From Fibrobacterota bacterium (lineage in GTDB: Bacteria > Fibrobacterota > Fibrobacteria > UBA11236): a stretch of DNA of 64,000 nt. Where the stretch lies: positions 348 through 64,347 of the forward strand of contig JAYUVP010000304.1 in assembly GCA_043753995.1 (NCBI GenBank). The letters are read 5' to 3'. This document shows positions 39,907-48,819 of the stretch, in pieces; positions within the stretch are counted from its first letter, which is position 1, and every line of letters begins with the position of its first letter. The position numbers and the translations under genes are program-made. A model generated the notes under the pieces. The model was not told the origin of the DNA and did not search any database. It worked only from the letters and a program-made list of their open reading frames with translations.

Positions 39907-42354
39907 ATGACCTCATACCTCAAACCCAGTGATCTATCCGGCGGTGACCTCTTGGGTTTGGGGAAACCCGATTTCCCATCAGGGCAAGCGCCTTCTGATA
40001 TTTTCACCAAGCCGAAGAGCGGCGGCGGCCTAGGTGGTGGTGGCAGTCTAGCCGGTCAACGTGCCCGCGACGATGCGAAGAAAACGCAAGAAGCGAAAGA
40101 TTGGAATGAAGCGACGGCGGGTATCGACCCGCCTCCTCAGCAAGCGACGCGGTCTTCAGGTATAAAGCCTCGCCTAGCCCGCGTGCGCTTTCTCGGCAAA
40201 GATCATCGAGTCGGCGATATGGTAGGGGTAGCCTGCGATACCTTAGACGGAGCAACGGCCCAAGGCGTCGTGTTCACCGTACTTGGCAAAGACGCCAAGG
40301 GTGAGTGGGCCGACCGTGATAGGGTGACCGGCCAAAAGGCATCCCAAGGCAGCGGGGCCGAAATGCTGCTCAATAAGCCCTATGACCAAGGCGATAATAC
40401 TCCCATCACCTTCAAGGTGAAAGCCACCCACCAGGGGGCCGAAACCGTTGAAAGCGCACCCATCACCGCCGAACCCGAAGAAGATTTCGACGGCATTCTG
40501 TATTACTCGCCAAAGCGTGAGGCCTATCTCTTGCTCGAATCGCAAGACGAGGCGTTGCCCTTTCTCGAAAAGATGCAGCAAATGCACGACTTGAATGAGG
40601 CTCGCCTTTCGGCCTGGCGGGAACCTGACTTGCAAAAGCGCAATGTATGGCTTGAAGAGGTAGAGAAGAAAACCGATGCCATGTTCGGCGGCAAGGCCAA
40701 TGTCAAAGCCGACAAGGCCTTTGAAGAATTGATTCAGGTTCAGGGTAATAAGGCTTGGGGCAAGAGCCATGAATGGGCTTATCTACCTGACGAACAAAGT
40801 CAAAAAGGGCGCTGGGTCGAGAAGAAGGCCCCTGAGGTCGTCAAGAAGCTTGAGAAGGTGCGTCAGAAGGTCATCAAGCAAAGCAATAAGCGAAGCCAGG
40901 CGCGATATGCCGAGCAAAAGCAAAAGGGGCAACAACAAAGTCAGAATCAAGCCAAGAAAAACGAATCCGATGACAGCAAGGCTCCTATCTGGAAAGGCAG
41001 CCTCAAAGCTCAACTCTTCGAAAAAGAGATCGAACCTTACAAGTACTGGGAATGGGCGGCGTATCACAAGAAGAAAGATTTTCTGAAAAAGGCCGACGGC
41101 AGCGATAACCCGTATTTCGATTTCAGTGGCGAAGCCGCCGTCATGCGTTTTATTGCGGGTTGGAGCGGCCCCGAAATTGATTTCAAGCCGCATAAGGGCA
41201 CCCTCACCCTTGGGGCATCGGGTGCTGTTTCATTCGCGGTTCGTGAGGGCAAGCTCTCGGGCAGCGTGAGTTGGCCTTCTGAAAAAGGCGTGAATATGCT
41301 GGGCTTTCTCGGTGAGATCAAGCATAAAGAAAGCTTCATCGAAAAAGGGCGTGGCGTTTTCATGCGCCTGCATTTGTCGGGTGTGGCCTCTTATTTCGAA
41401 GGCGTGTCGATCAAGGGCGCATTGGCTTTTCCCAAGATCGACTTCTCAAAGGCGAACGTGAAGAAAGAGGACAAGGGAAGCGATGCTACGGCCAGCAAGC
41501 GCAAGAACGAAGTGGGCGCGAAGGCCAGTATCCACGGGCTGGTAGGCGCTCAAGCCAAGGTCGAGGGGTCTTTGGCCGTGCAATGGCACATGGCAGGTGC
41601 AAGCAAGTTCGATACCTTGGCGGAGGTGAAAGGCGAGGCCGCAGGTACCTCCGGATTTGCAGCCAAGTTTGAAATGGAGATCGCTTACTCGAATGGCAAG
41701 TTCATTTTCAAGGCTTCGGCTGGTTTGGCCAAGGGTCTGGGTGGTGAGGGCGGCTATTCCTATGAAGTGGGTTTTGACGAAGGGGTTGTGCTCATTGGCT
41801 ATTTGCTTGATAGCGTGAATTGGCATTACATCAAGGCCATTCAGATAGAGGCATTCAACGCCTACACCGATTACACTTTTGCCATGATGGTCGAGGGTGT
41901 GGATGCGGTGAAAGAGAATGCCACGGATGCTGTCGCCAGAGTCGAGAATTTTACCGGGTGGTTTAGTAAGGAAGCTACTCGAAAAATGACATCGATCAAG
42001 TCGTACATACGCAGTTTTGCCGACAAGGTGCACCTTATGCGCCGTTCATCACCCGAGGCCTTAGGACGTGCCTTGAATGTGCTCATGCGCACCCGCGAGG
42101 ATGATGACTTCGAACACATCCTGTATATCCTCAAGTTTGCCCAAAGTGATCACAAGCTGCGGTGGATCGTGCGCGAGATACCCCAGGTGGCATTGCCGCC
42201 GGAAACGGCTCCGAACTATGAGTCAGAGAAAGAGCGGTTGTATCAGGAGGGGAAGAAGATGTTGTTTGTGTTCGGTATGGGTGACGGAACCCCGAAGGCA
42301 AAACCAAATGAAAACTACCTGTCAAAGCTACAAGTGATTCTGGGGGCTCCATGA
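39907..42354 (+). CDS. Putative antibacterial toxin/effector (815 aa)
   Basis: No signal peptide; Gly/Ala-rich beta region (GASGAVSF, GLVGAQAKVEG, AGLAKGLGGEG); ATGA overlap with a MORN/YwqK-type gene. The toxin call is inference. Confidence 0.45.
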   Translation: MTSYLKPSDLSGGDLLGLGKPDFPSGQAPSDIFTKPKSGGGLGGGGSLAGQRARDDAKKTQEAKDWNEATAGIDPPPQQATRSSGIKPRLARVRFLGKDHRVGDMVGVACDTLDGATAQGVVFTVLGKDAKGEWADRDRVTGQKASQGSGAEMLLNKPYDQGDNTPITFKVKATHQGAETVESAPITAEPEEDFDGILYYSPKREAYLLLESQDEALPFLEKMQQMHDLNEARLSAWREPDLQKRNVWLEEVEKKTDAMFGGKANVKADKAFEELIQVQGNKAWGKSHEWAYLPDEQSQKGRWVEKKAPEVVKKLEKVRQKVIKQSNKRSQARYAEQKQKGQQQSQNQAKKNESDDSKAPIWKGSLKAQLFEKEIEPYKYWEWAAYHKKKDFLKKADGSDNPYFDFSGEAAVMRFIAGWSGPEIDFKPHKGTLTLGASGAVSFAVREGKLSGSVSWPSEKGVNMLGFLGEIKHKESFIEKGRGVFMRLHLSGVASYFEGVSIKGALAFPKIDFSKANVKKEDKGSDATASKRKNEVGAKASIHGLVGAQAKVEGSLAVQWHMAGASKFDTLAEVKGEAAGTSGFAAKFEMEIAYSNGKFIFKASAGLAKGLGGEGGYSYEVGFDEGVVLIGYLLDSVNWHYIKAIQIEAFNAYTDYTFAMMVEGVDAVKENATDAVARVENFTGWFSKEATRKMTSIKSYIRSFADKVHLMRRSSPEALGRALNVLMRTREDDDFEHILYILKFAQSDHKLRWIVREIPQVALPPETAPNYESEKERLYQEGKKMLFVFGMGDGTPKAKPNENYLSKLQVILGAP

Positions 42355-43106
42355 AATGGGTAGGACTCATACTGGCGATGACGGCCATAAGCTGTTTCCC
42401 TGCTGGAAAGAAATATCCGAACGAATGCGAGAAGCGCAGGTTTTCTCGGCACAATGGAAAACCGACGGAAATTGTGACCACCTGCATTTACGAAGCCAAA
42501 TTTGTGACGGAATACTATAAGGGCAAGAAAAACGGCAACCAGGTTGCCTTTGTCAACGGCGTGAAACGGTCAGAGACCCATTTTTTAAACGACAAAGAGC
42601 ACGGTCTAGTTCAAATCTTCGACAGCCTCGGCAATGTGACCGGCATCGAGCATTTTCACAACGGCAAGCAGGTGGGCGAAATACGACGATGGCACCGCCC
42701 CGATCAGTTGAGCGAGGTTATTCAATACGACAGCTTGGGCCGCAAAAATGGCTTGTGGCAGGCCTGGTGGCCAGATGGCAAACTGATCCAGGAGTCGCAC
42801 TATGTCGCCAACATTTGCACCCTAACCACTGAGTACTACCGCAATGGAAGAAAGCGCTATTACGAGCGCTTGCCACTAAAGGAATCAACAGGGATTATGT
42901 CTGAAAAGCTCATCGATGCCGAAAGCTGGTCTTGGTCGGGTAAGTCGATTGCGAAAGTGGTTTCTGGCACCGGCGTCCTCATTACCTTGCCTCAAAACTT
43001 TGAGGATAGCGCAACCCCGTGGGTGGCCTATCGTGCCGACTATAAAGACAGCATCGTCATTAAACTCACCGAACTCGACTCGGTCACCATTCAGAAATAC
43101 AAGTAA
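42351..43106 (+). CDS. MORN-variant repeat (YwqK antitoxin-like) lipoprotein, putative immunity protein
   Basis: Lipobox-like AISC; repeats KKNG, KEHG, KQVG and RKNGLWQAWWPDGKL. Confidence 0.75.
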   Translation: MKWVGLILAMTAISCFPAGKKYPNECEKRRFSRHNGKPTEIVTTCIYEAKFVTEYYKGKKNGNQVAFVNGVKRSETHFLNDKEHGLVQIFDSLGNVTGIEHFHNGKQVGEIRRWHRPDQLSEVIQYDSLGRKNGLWQAWWPDGKLIQESHYVANICTLTTEYYRNGRKRYYERLPLKESTGIMSEKLIDAESWSWSGKSIAKVVSGTGVLITLPQNFEDSATPWVAYRADYKDSIVIKLTELDSVTIQKYK

Positions 43107-43288
43107 CTCATGCGAAATCTTCTATTCATCCTCTCCCCGTTGCGCGGGGACGGCACCCGGTAGGCGCTTCATTACGTTTGCCGGGTGCCAACAAATTGAA
43201 GCGAACCTAAAGCCGCCTTATCGCCGTGATCAGTCGTTGACTATGTCTTGATGGTTCTGCGTAGAACCCCGTTTTCGTCCGGTGAAGG

Positions 43289-44083
43289 TCAGCGGATGGC
43301 AATAATCGTATCTAAAACAGTATCGATTTTTCCTTCGTCCGTCAGGCGGTTGCCCGTTCCTCTGAGCTTCAAAGTATCGGGTAACGTCTCGCCTTCATTA
43401 AGGATTTCATATTTGAAGCCGTAGCAAGTATTCGCGGTGGAATCACAACTCCCAGCATTGTCTCCATAAAGATCAATGAGTGTTGTTTGTGGCGGCGACT
43501 CCAAGGACGTGAGCTTAATACCCGAAATAATTTCTCCAAAGTGTAGGCTGTTGAATTCCGTGCGCAGGAAAATCCTGCCCTTGGTATCATGGGTGATTCG
43601 GATGCCCTCGGGTGATTTGCCATACTCCCCAAACTCGCCCAGATCAGGAATGAAGCGAATATCCGCGCGCTTGCTTCCTACGATAGCAGCGCTCAGCGTC
43701 GGCGAGCAAGCGTGGCACTCACTCCGATCTGAATTTTCGATGATAAATACGGTGCTAGAATCACTCAGCTTTTGTTCCAGCAAGATCCGTGAATAAACCG
43801 TACCCTCGATCCTTTTCAAAGGATTGTCCGCCGCCGGAGTCCAGGCTGTATGCGGTGAACCGCAACCTGAATAAGCCGTATCGCTTCCGATGCAAACATG
43901 AAGCGGTGCGCCATGGGAGTGTTTAATCAGCACATCGACGGCGAGCGGCACTGATGGCGAGTTGGGTGGTACCGGCTTCGGCTCCCGGCATTGGGTCACC
44001 GCCATGAAAAGGGCCAGTGAAAACGCTAGGCCAAGGATCGCAGGTTTCGACTTTTGCCGATTGAATATCATCTGATTGTCCAT
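43289..44083 (-). CDS. Hypothetical exported protein/lipoprotein
   Basis: 264-aa ORF; hydrophobic N-terminus ending VTQC; several Cys pairs (CHAC). Family not recognised. Confidence 0.6.
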   Translation of the reverse strand: MDNQMIFNRQKSKPAILGLAFSLALFMAVTQCREPKPVPPNSPSVPLAVDVLIKHSHGAPLHVCIGSDTAYSGCGSPHTAWTPAADNPLKRIEGTVYSRILLEQKLSDSSTVFIIENSDRSECHACSPTLSAAIVGSKRADIRFIPDLGEFGEYGKSPEGIRITHDTKGRIFLRTEFNSLHFGEIISGIKLTSLESPPQTTLIDLYGDNAGSCDSTANTCYGFKYEILNEGETLPDTLKLRGTGNRLTDEGKIDTVLDTIIAIR

Positions 44084-44097
44084 TGCCGAGAGTCGCC

Positions 44098-44496
44098 CTA
44101 CCGGGCGGCTTTTTTATTTGCGGGCTTTTTGCTGGGTGCTTTCGCCTCGCGTCTGCCCTGGCCCGTATGAGCCGTATAGCCTTCGATCAGCTTGAGAAAG
44201 GCCCGCTGTTCGTTCGACGGCAGCTTGGCAAAAATTTCCTGTATCCTCGCCATGCGGCTATTGCCGTGAAAGAGCCGATTCGGTTCGGTCTTTAGAGGTT
44301 CACCTATGCCGAGCAATTGATTGGGGGTAACGCCAAGGATCTTGCCGATCTCAATGAGCTTTTGAATCGAAGGGTAAGCTACTCCTTGCTCATAGCGGGT
44401 TATGAGTTGTTGAACCACGCCCAAGGCCTCGGCCATTTGGACTTGGGTTAAGCCCTTGGCTTGCCGTAGCTTGCGAATGTTTGCTCCGAGTTCCAC
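44098..44496 (-). CDS. XRE-family HTH repressor of the element
   Basis: IRKLRQAKGLTQVQMAEALGVVQQLITRYEQG; divergent from the primase operon. Confidence 0.9.
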   Translation of the reverse strand: MELGANIRKLRQAKGLTQVQMAEALGVVQQLITRYEQGVAYPSIQKLIEIGKILGVTPNQLLGIGEPLKTEPNRLFHGNSRMARIQEIFAKLPSNEQRAFLKLIEGYTAHTGQGRREAKAPSKKPANKKAAR

Positions 44497-44535
44497 GAAG
44501 CAAAAGGTAGGGTGGGGTTTCGTGGGGCCTTCCGA

Positions 44536-44556
44536 AATACTATCCTAAGTAGTATT
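44536..44556. promoter_or_regulatory. Inverted-repeat operator between xre and the primase operon
   Basis: AATACTA-N7-TAGTATT in the AT-rich intergenic gap. Confidence 0.55.
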
Positions 44557-44603
44557 ATGATCTATCTTAAAAAACTTACGATCACCCCTTGACACCCCTC
44601 CCG

Positions 44604-44969
44604 ATGAACCCACCCACAGGCACCCCCCAGACCCCCGGCGAGCCCCGCCCCAAGGACGACCTGCTGGTCTTGATTGCCGATCTCCACTTGGGGGCCTTCC
44701 TCATGTGCAAGGGCGTGCCCTTCAAAGGCCTGCAATTCGACGTGCGGGGCCGCGCAACCCTCATGTTCGAGGGCCGCGAAGCCATCCGGCTTCGAGCGGC
44801 CTATCACCAGGATGAAGTCAGCGTTCACCTTCCCAAGTTCAAAGGGGCCTACAACGCCCTGCGTGACTTGCTCTGTGCAAAACCCGAAGATACCCGTAAC
44901 CCCGAAGGTACCCATGCCCATACCCGAAGCCCTCTTGCAGAAGGTCAAGGCCGAAACCAATCTGCTTGA
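44604..44969 (+). CDS. Small hypothetical protein, possibly DUF5659-like DNA-binding protein
   Basis: DLHLGAFLMCKG...LMFEG...YHQDEVSV...YNALRDLL pattern; first gene of the primase operon (ORF from TTG 44589). Confidence 0.5.
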   Translation: MNPPTGTPQTPGEPRPKDDLLVLIADLHLGAFLMCKGVPFKGLQFDVRGRATLMFEGREAIRLRAAYHQDEVSVHLPKFKGAYNALRDLLCAKPEDTRNPEGTHAHTRSPLAEGQGRNQSA

Positions 44970-47643
44970 AATCGCCCGCTCTTTCGGTCTTAGCTTAACC
45001 CCCAAGGGCGATGACCACTTCACCCGCTGCCCCTTCCATCACGACGACACGCCGTCACTCTCGCTCAATGCCAAAAAGGGACTCTTCCATTGCTTCGGCT
45101 GCGGGGCCAAGGGCAATGCCATACAGTTCGTGCAGAAAATGGAAGGGCTGACTTTCCCCGAGGCTTTCAAGAAGGTGGCGGGTAATCGTGCCACACCCGA
45201 AGCCGCCACACTCGTGAGCCCAATGCCCGCAAGTCCCCTAGCCGCATCTGCCTCAAGGCTCATCACCCAAGCCCTCTCCCGCATGCGTCTTTGCCTCGAA
45301 GAAACGCCCAAGGTGCTCGAATACCTCACGCAAACGAGGGGCCTTGCCTTCTTGCTCAACCGGCAAAGCCGTGAGGCTGTCGGCGCGGGCTTTTGCCCCG
45401 AAGATTTCGGCATACGGCTGGATGCCAGGGCCAAGAAAGAATTGACCGCCGCCGGGCTTCTGACGCCCGAAGGCTTTCCGCATTTCGCGGGCTGCGTGGT
45501 CTTTCCGCTTCGCGATGTTAACGGGGAGGTTACCGGCCTTTACGGCCGCAAGATTGCGGGCGACGGCCACTTCTACCAGAAGGGCGAGCGGCGGGGCTTG
45601 TTTGCCTTGCATGGCGGCGGAGGCAGTGACAGCAACGGCAGCAATGGCGGGCTCTTCATCGCCGAATCGGTGATCGATGCGCTCAGCTTGCATCAAATGG
45701 GCGCTTCATCGGTGTTGGCCTTGCATGGTGTTAACGGCTTCACGCCCGCGCATGAGGCTTATATCAAGGCTCGCGCTCAAGATGGCCTTGGCTTATACCT
45801 CGTGCTCGATGGCGACCGGGCGGGCCGTGAAGCCTCGGTCAAACTCGCCGAGCGCATCAAGGCCATGGGACTTTTGGCGCATATCCTCGAAATGCCCGAA
45901 GGAAAAGATCCCAACAGTTTTCTTTTAGCCGCACAAGCCGCCAGCCCACGCACTTTGAAAGACTTGCAGTCCCTTACAGGTTACCCCAAGCCGCACGCGC
46001 CCGCCATAAGCCTGCGCCGCGACGGTGATAGCTTCATCGCCCTTACGCCCCTGCGCCGCTATGTCATCACCGGCCTTACCGCCCATGGTTTCGACCGCCT
46101 CCGGGTCACCCTCAAATGCATTTGCCTCAAGAGCCCCGGCATATTCCATATCGACAGTCTCGATCTCTATGCGGCCCGTGCCCGCGCCTCTTTTGCCGAA
46201 GACGCCGCCGCCGAGTTGAAGCATAAAGAAGCCGACATCGCCGCCGAACTCAAGACCTTAATTCCCTTGCTCGAAGAAGCCCGCTTAAGCCTTGCGAACA
46301 GCACGCAAGAGGCGGCAGTGCCCACCATGAGCGAAGCGGAAAAGGCCGAGGCCTTGGCGGCCTTGAAGTCGCCGACCTTGATAGCCGATCTCATCAAGAA
46401 TTTCGAGGCTATGGGGCTTGTGAGCGATGAGAAAGCCAAGCTCCTCGGCTATCTCGGCACGGTGTCGCGCCTGCTCGAAATGCCCTTGGGCATGCTCATC
46501 ATTTCACGTTCGGGCGCGGGCAAGACGGCTTTGCAAGATGCCATTTGCGCCTTGGTGCCCGGCGAGCACGTGATCAAATACACCCGCCTCACGGGCCAAG
46601 CCCTCTTCTATAAGGAGCGCGACGGACTCAAGTACAAAGTCTTAGCCATCGAAGAAGAAGACGGCATGAGCGCCGCGAAATATTCGATACGCACCCTCGC
46701 CAGCTCGCAGCGGCTCACCGTGGCCACCACCCGAAGCGATCCCAAAACCGGCAAGCTCAAGACCGATGAATACTTGGTCGAAGGCCCGGTCTTCATCCTC
46801 ATCGCCACCACCAACCCCGACGCGCTGGACGCCGAGACGCGCAGCCGCTTCATCATCTTGACCATAGACGAGAGCCCCGAGCAGACGCGGCGCATCATGG
46901 AATCGCGCAAGCTGAGCTACACCTTGGAAGGCAGGCGCAAGCATCGGGCGGGAAGAAAAACGCTGTCGCATTACCACAACATGCAGCGCTTGCTTAAGCC
47001 CATCGAGGTGGTGAACCCTTTTACGCCTTATATCGATTACCCCTTCGACCGCCTGCAAATGCGCCGCGAGTTCGGCAAGTACATGGCCCTCATCAATGCG
47101 ATAACCCTTTTGCATCAGCATCAGCGCGAGGTGAAGCATGATCTTGATGACGGCAGCAATACGCCCTATATCGAAACCACGGTCGAAGACATCGCCTTGG
47201 CCAATGAGCTTGTGCTTGAGTTCTTTCCTAATTCGCTCGATGAATTAGCCCCGCATACCCGCAATCTCGCAGCCGAGGTGATGAAGCTCATCGAGAAGAG
47301 CGGCGGCGACACTCGCTTCACCCGCAAGGCCTTGCGTGACTTCTGCGGCTGGACGGATTGGAGCATACGCCAAGGGTTAGAACAGCTTGTGATCCTTGGT
47401 TATATCATCAAGACCATGGCGCAAAACGGCCTTTGCAATACTTATGAACTGGTGATAGACCCTTGCGGAGAAGACCGCAGCTCACTCTTTCTCACTTCAC
47501 CCGACGAATTGCGCAAACGCCTGGAAGCGGCTAGGGCTGAGGCCAGGACGGCGGGGAAGGTGGCCACTCTATCGCCGAACCTTGTGCCGATGAAAAACGG
47601 CGGCGAGGCGGCTAAAAGAAAAACCACTGGGGGCCGGTCATGA
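44914..47643 (+). CDS. CHC2 zinc-finger/TOPRIM DNA primase fused to a P-loop ATPase (putative primase-helicase)
   Basis: CPFHHDDTPS...CFGC zinc finger; TOPRIM (AESVIDAL, LDGDRAG); Walker A SRSGAGKT; Walker B-like LAIEE. ATG 44914 has a GAAGG RBS. Confidence 0.88.
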   Translation: MPIPEALLQKVKAETNLLEIARSFGLSLTPKGDDHFTRCPFHHDDTPSLSLNAKKGLFHCFGCGAKGNAIQFVQKMEGLTFPEAFKKVAGNRATPEAATLVSPMPASPLAASASRLITQALSRMRLCLEETPKVLEYLTQTRGLAFLLNRQSREAVGAGFCPEDFGIRLDARAKKELTAAGLLTPEGFPHFAGCVVFPLRDVNGEVTGLYGRKIAGDGHFYQKGERRGLFALHGGGGSDSNGSNGGLFIAESVIDALSLHQMGASSVLALHGVNGFTPAHEAYIKARAQDGLGLYLVLDGDRAGREASVKLAERIKAMGLLAHILEMPEGKDPNSFLLAAQAASPRTLKDLQSLTGYPKPHAPAISLRRDGDSFIALTPLRRYVITGLTAHGFDRLRVTLKCICLKSPGIFHIDSLDLYAARARASFAEDAAAELKHKEADIAAELKTLIPLLEEARLSLANSTQEAAVPTMSEAEKAEALAALKSPTLIADLIKNFEAMGLVSDEKAKLLGYLGTVSRLLEMPLGMLIISRSGAGKTALQDAICALVPGEHVIKYTRLTGQALFYKERDGLKYKVLAIEEEDGMSAAKYSIRTLASSQRLTVATTRSDPKTGKLKTDEYLVEGPVFILIATTNPDALDAETRSRFIILTIDESPEQTRRIMESRKLSYTLEGRRKHRAGRKTLSHYHNMQRLLKPIEVVNPFTPYIDYPFDRLQMRREFGKYMALINAITLLHQHQREVKHDLDDGSNTPYIETTVEDIALANELVLEFFPNSLDELAPHTRNLAAEVMKLIEKSGGDTRFTRKALRDFCGWTDWSIRQGLEQLVILGYIIKTMAQNGLCNTYELVIDPCGEDRSSLFLTSPDELRKRLEAARAEARTAGKVATLSPNLVPMKNGGEAAKRKTTGGRS

Positions 47644-47661
47644 CGGCGGCAGGCTTGGCCC

Positions 47662-47767
47662 ACCCTGTGAACCCTGAGGCACCCTGTGAGACCCTGTGTG
47701 AAAAGAAGTCACAGGGTTTAAACCCTTTTGTTTCCGGGCCTTACGGTCGCTTTTACACCACCCTGCG
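47662..47767 (+). repeat. Iteron-like ACCCTG(TG) array downstream of the primase
   Basis: ACCCTG at 47662, 47671, 47681 and 47691; inverted CACAGGGT at 47710-47717; further ACCCTG at 47760. Confidence 0.7.
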
Positions 47768-47817
47768 GGCTTTTCGGTAAAAGGTGGGTGGGGGTGCGAA
47801 AAACGAGGGTAAAGCCG

Positions 47818-48819
47818 ATGCAAAGCGGCATGAATGCGACCCTGCCCCCGGCTTTTACCGGCCTTTCGCTTCGCTTTCGTCTCTGCCTTGAGCGCTATCG
47901 TGAGCACTTGGAGGCCAAGGGTCATTCATCGCATACCGTGCGCAGCTACACCCACACGGCCAAAGACGTACTAGGGTATTTGGCTGGCTTTCATATCGAG
48001 ACCTTACGAGAGGTCTTGCCGCAACACCTGCACGCCTATCAAAACAGCCTCATGGAAACAAGGTCAAGCGGCAAGCCCCGCAGCCTACGCACCGTAACCT
48101 TGCGGTTAACCGAGGTGCGGGCCTTCTTCGCCTACCTGCATGCCCAAGGCGAAATCCTGCTCAACTCGTCTTTAAGCCTGGTCCTGCCCAAGGCGCAAAA
48201 ACGCTTGCCGCGTTTCGTGCCGCCGGTTAACGACATGGCAAGCCTCATCGAAGCGCCGATTTTGGACGGGCCTTTGGGCCTAAGAGATCGGGCCATATTG
48301 GAATTGCTTTACTCATGCGGATTAAGAAGCAGTGAGGCCCGCGCCATGGAGGTCGCCGATCTCGACATGCGGAGCCGGGTTCTCTTCGTGAGAGGCAAGG
48401 GCGGCAAAGATGCCCTGGTGCCTTTCGGCAAGACGGCGGCCAAGGCCTTGGTCAATTACTTGCACCATGGCCGCCCCAAGCTCACTGGCAAAGGCGGTGA
48501 TGCACAGCCTTACCTCTTTCTCAGCAAGAGTGGCCGCAGCATCACTTCACAAAATTTGCTCGACATGGTGCGGCGTCATGCGAAGGCTTTGAACCTGCAA
48601 GGCAATATTTCGCCGCATGGTTTGCGGCATGCGTGCGCCACCCACCTTTTGCAAAACGGCGCCGATATACGGCACATTCAAAAGCTCTTGCGGCATAGCA
48701 GTCTCAACACCACTCAGATTTACACCCGCCTTTGCATCGACGATTTGAAAACAGCGCAAGAGCGCTACCACCCGCGTGAAAAAATCGCTGCAAAAACCGA
48801 TGCCGAAATCAGCGCATGA
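47818..48819 (+). CDS. Tyrosine recombinase 1 (XerC/XerD-like)
   Basis: RDRAILELLYSCGLRSSE, RGKGGK, HGLRH and LLRHSSLNTTQIY give a complete R-K-H-R-H-Y set (ORF from 47728). Confidence 0.93.
   Translation: MQSGMNATLPPAFTGLSLRFRLCLERYREHLEAKGHSSHTVRSYTHTAKDVLGYLAGFHIETLREVLPQHLHAYQNSLMETRSSGKPRSLRTVTLRLTEVRAFFAYLHAQGEILLNSSLSLVLPKAQKRLPRFVPPVNDMASLIEAPILDGPLGLRDRAILELLYSCGLRSSEARAMEVADLDMRSRVLFVRGKGGKDALVPFGKTAAKALVNYLHHGRPKLTGKGGDAQPYLFLSKSGRSITSQNLLDMVRRHAKALNLQGNISPHGLRHACATHLLQNGADIRHIQKLLRHSSLNTTQIYTRLCIDDLKTAQERYHPREKIAAKTDAEISA

Noticed and set aside
43215-43250. AGTCGTTGACTATGTC as a third copy of the composite site
   Set aside because: Only a loose match to one arm, with no inverted partner or correct spacer.
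44094-44120. GC hairpin plus T-run resembling a plus-strand terminator
   Set aside because: Lies over the xre 3' end on the opposite strand; the T-run is explained by Lys codons.
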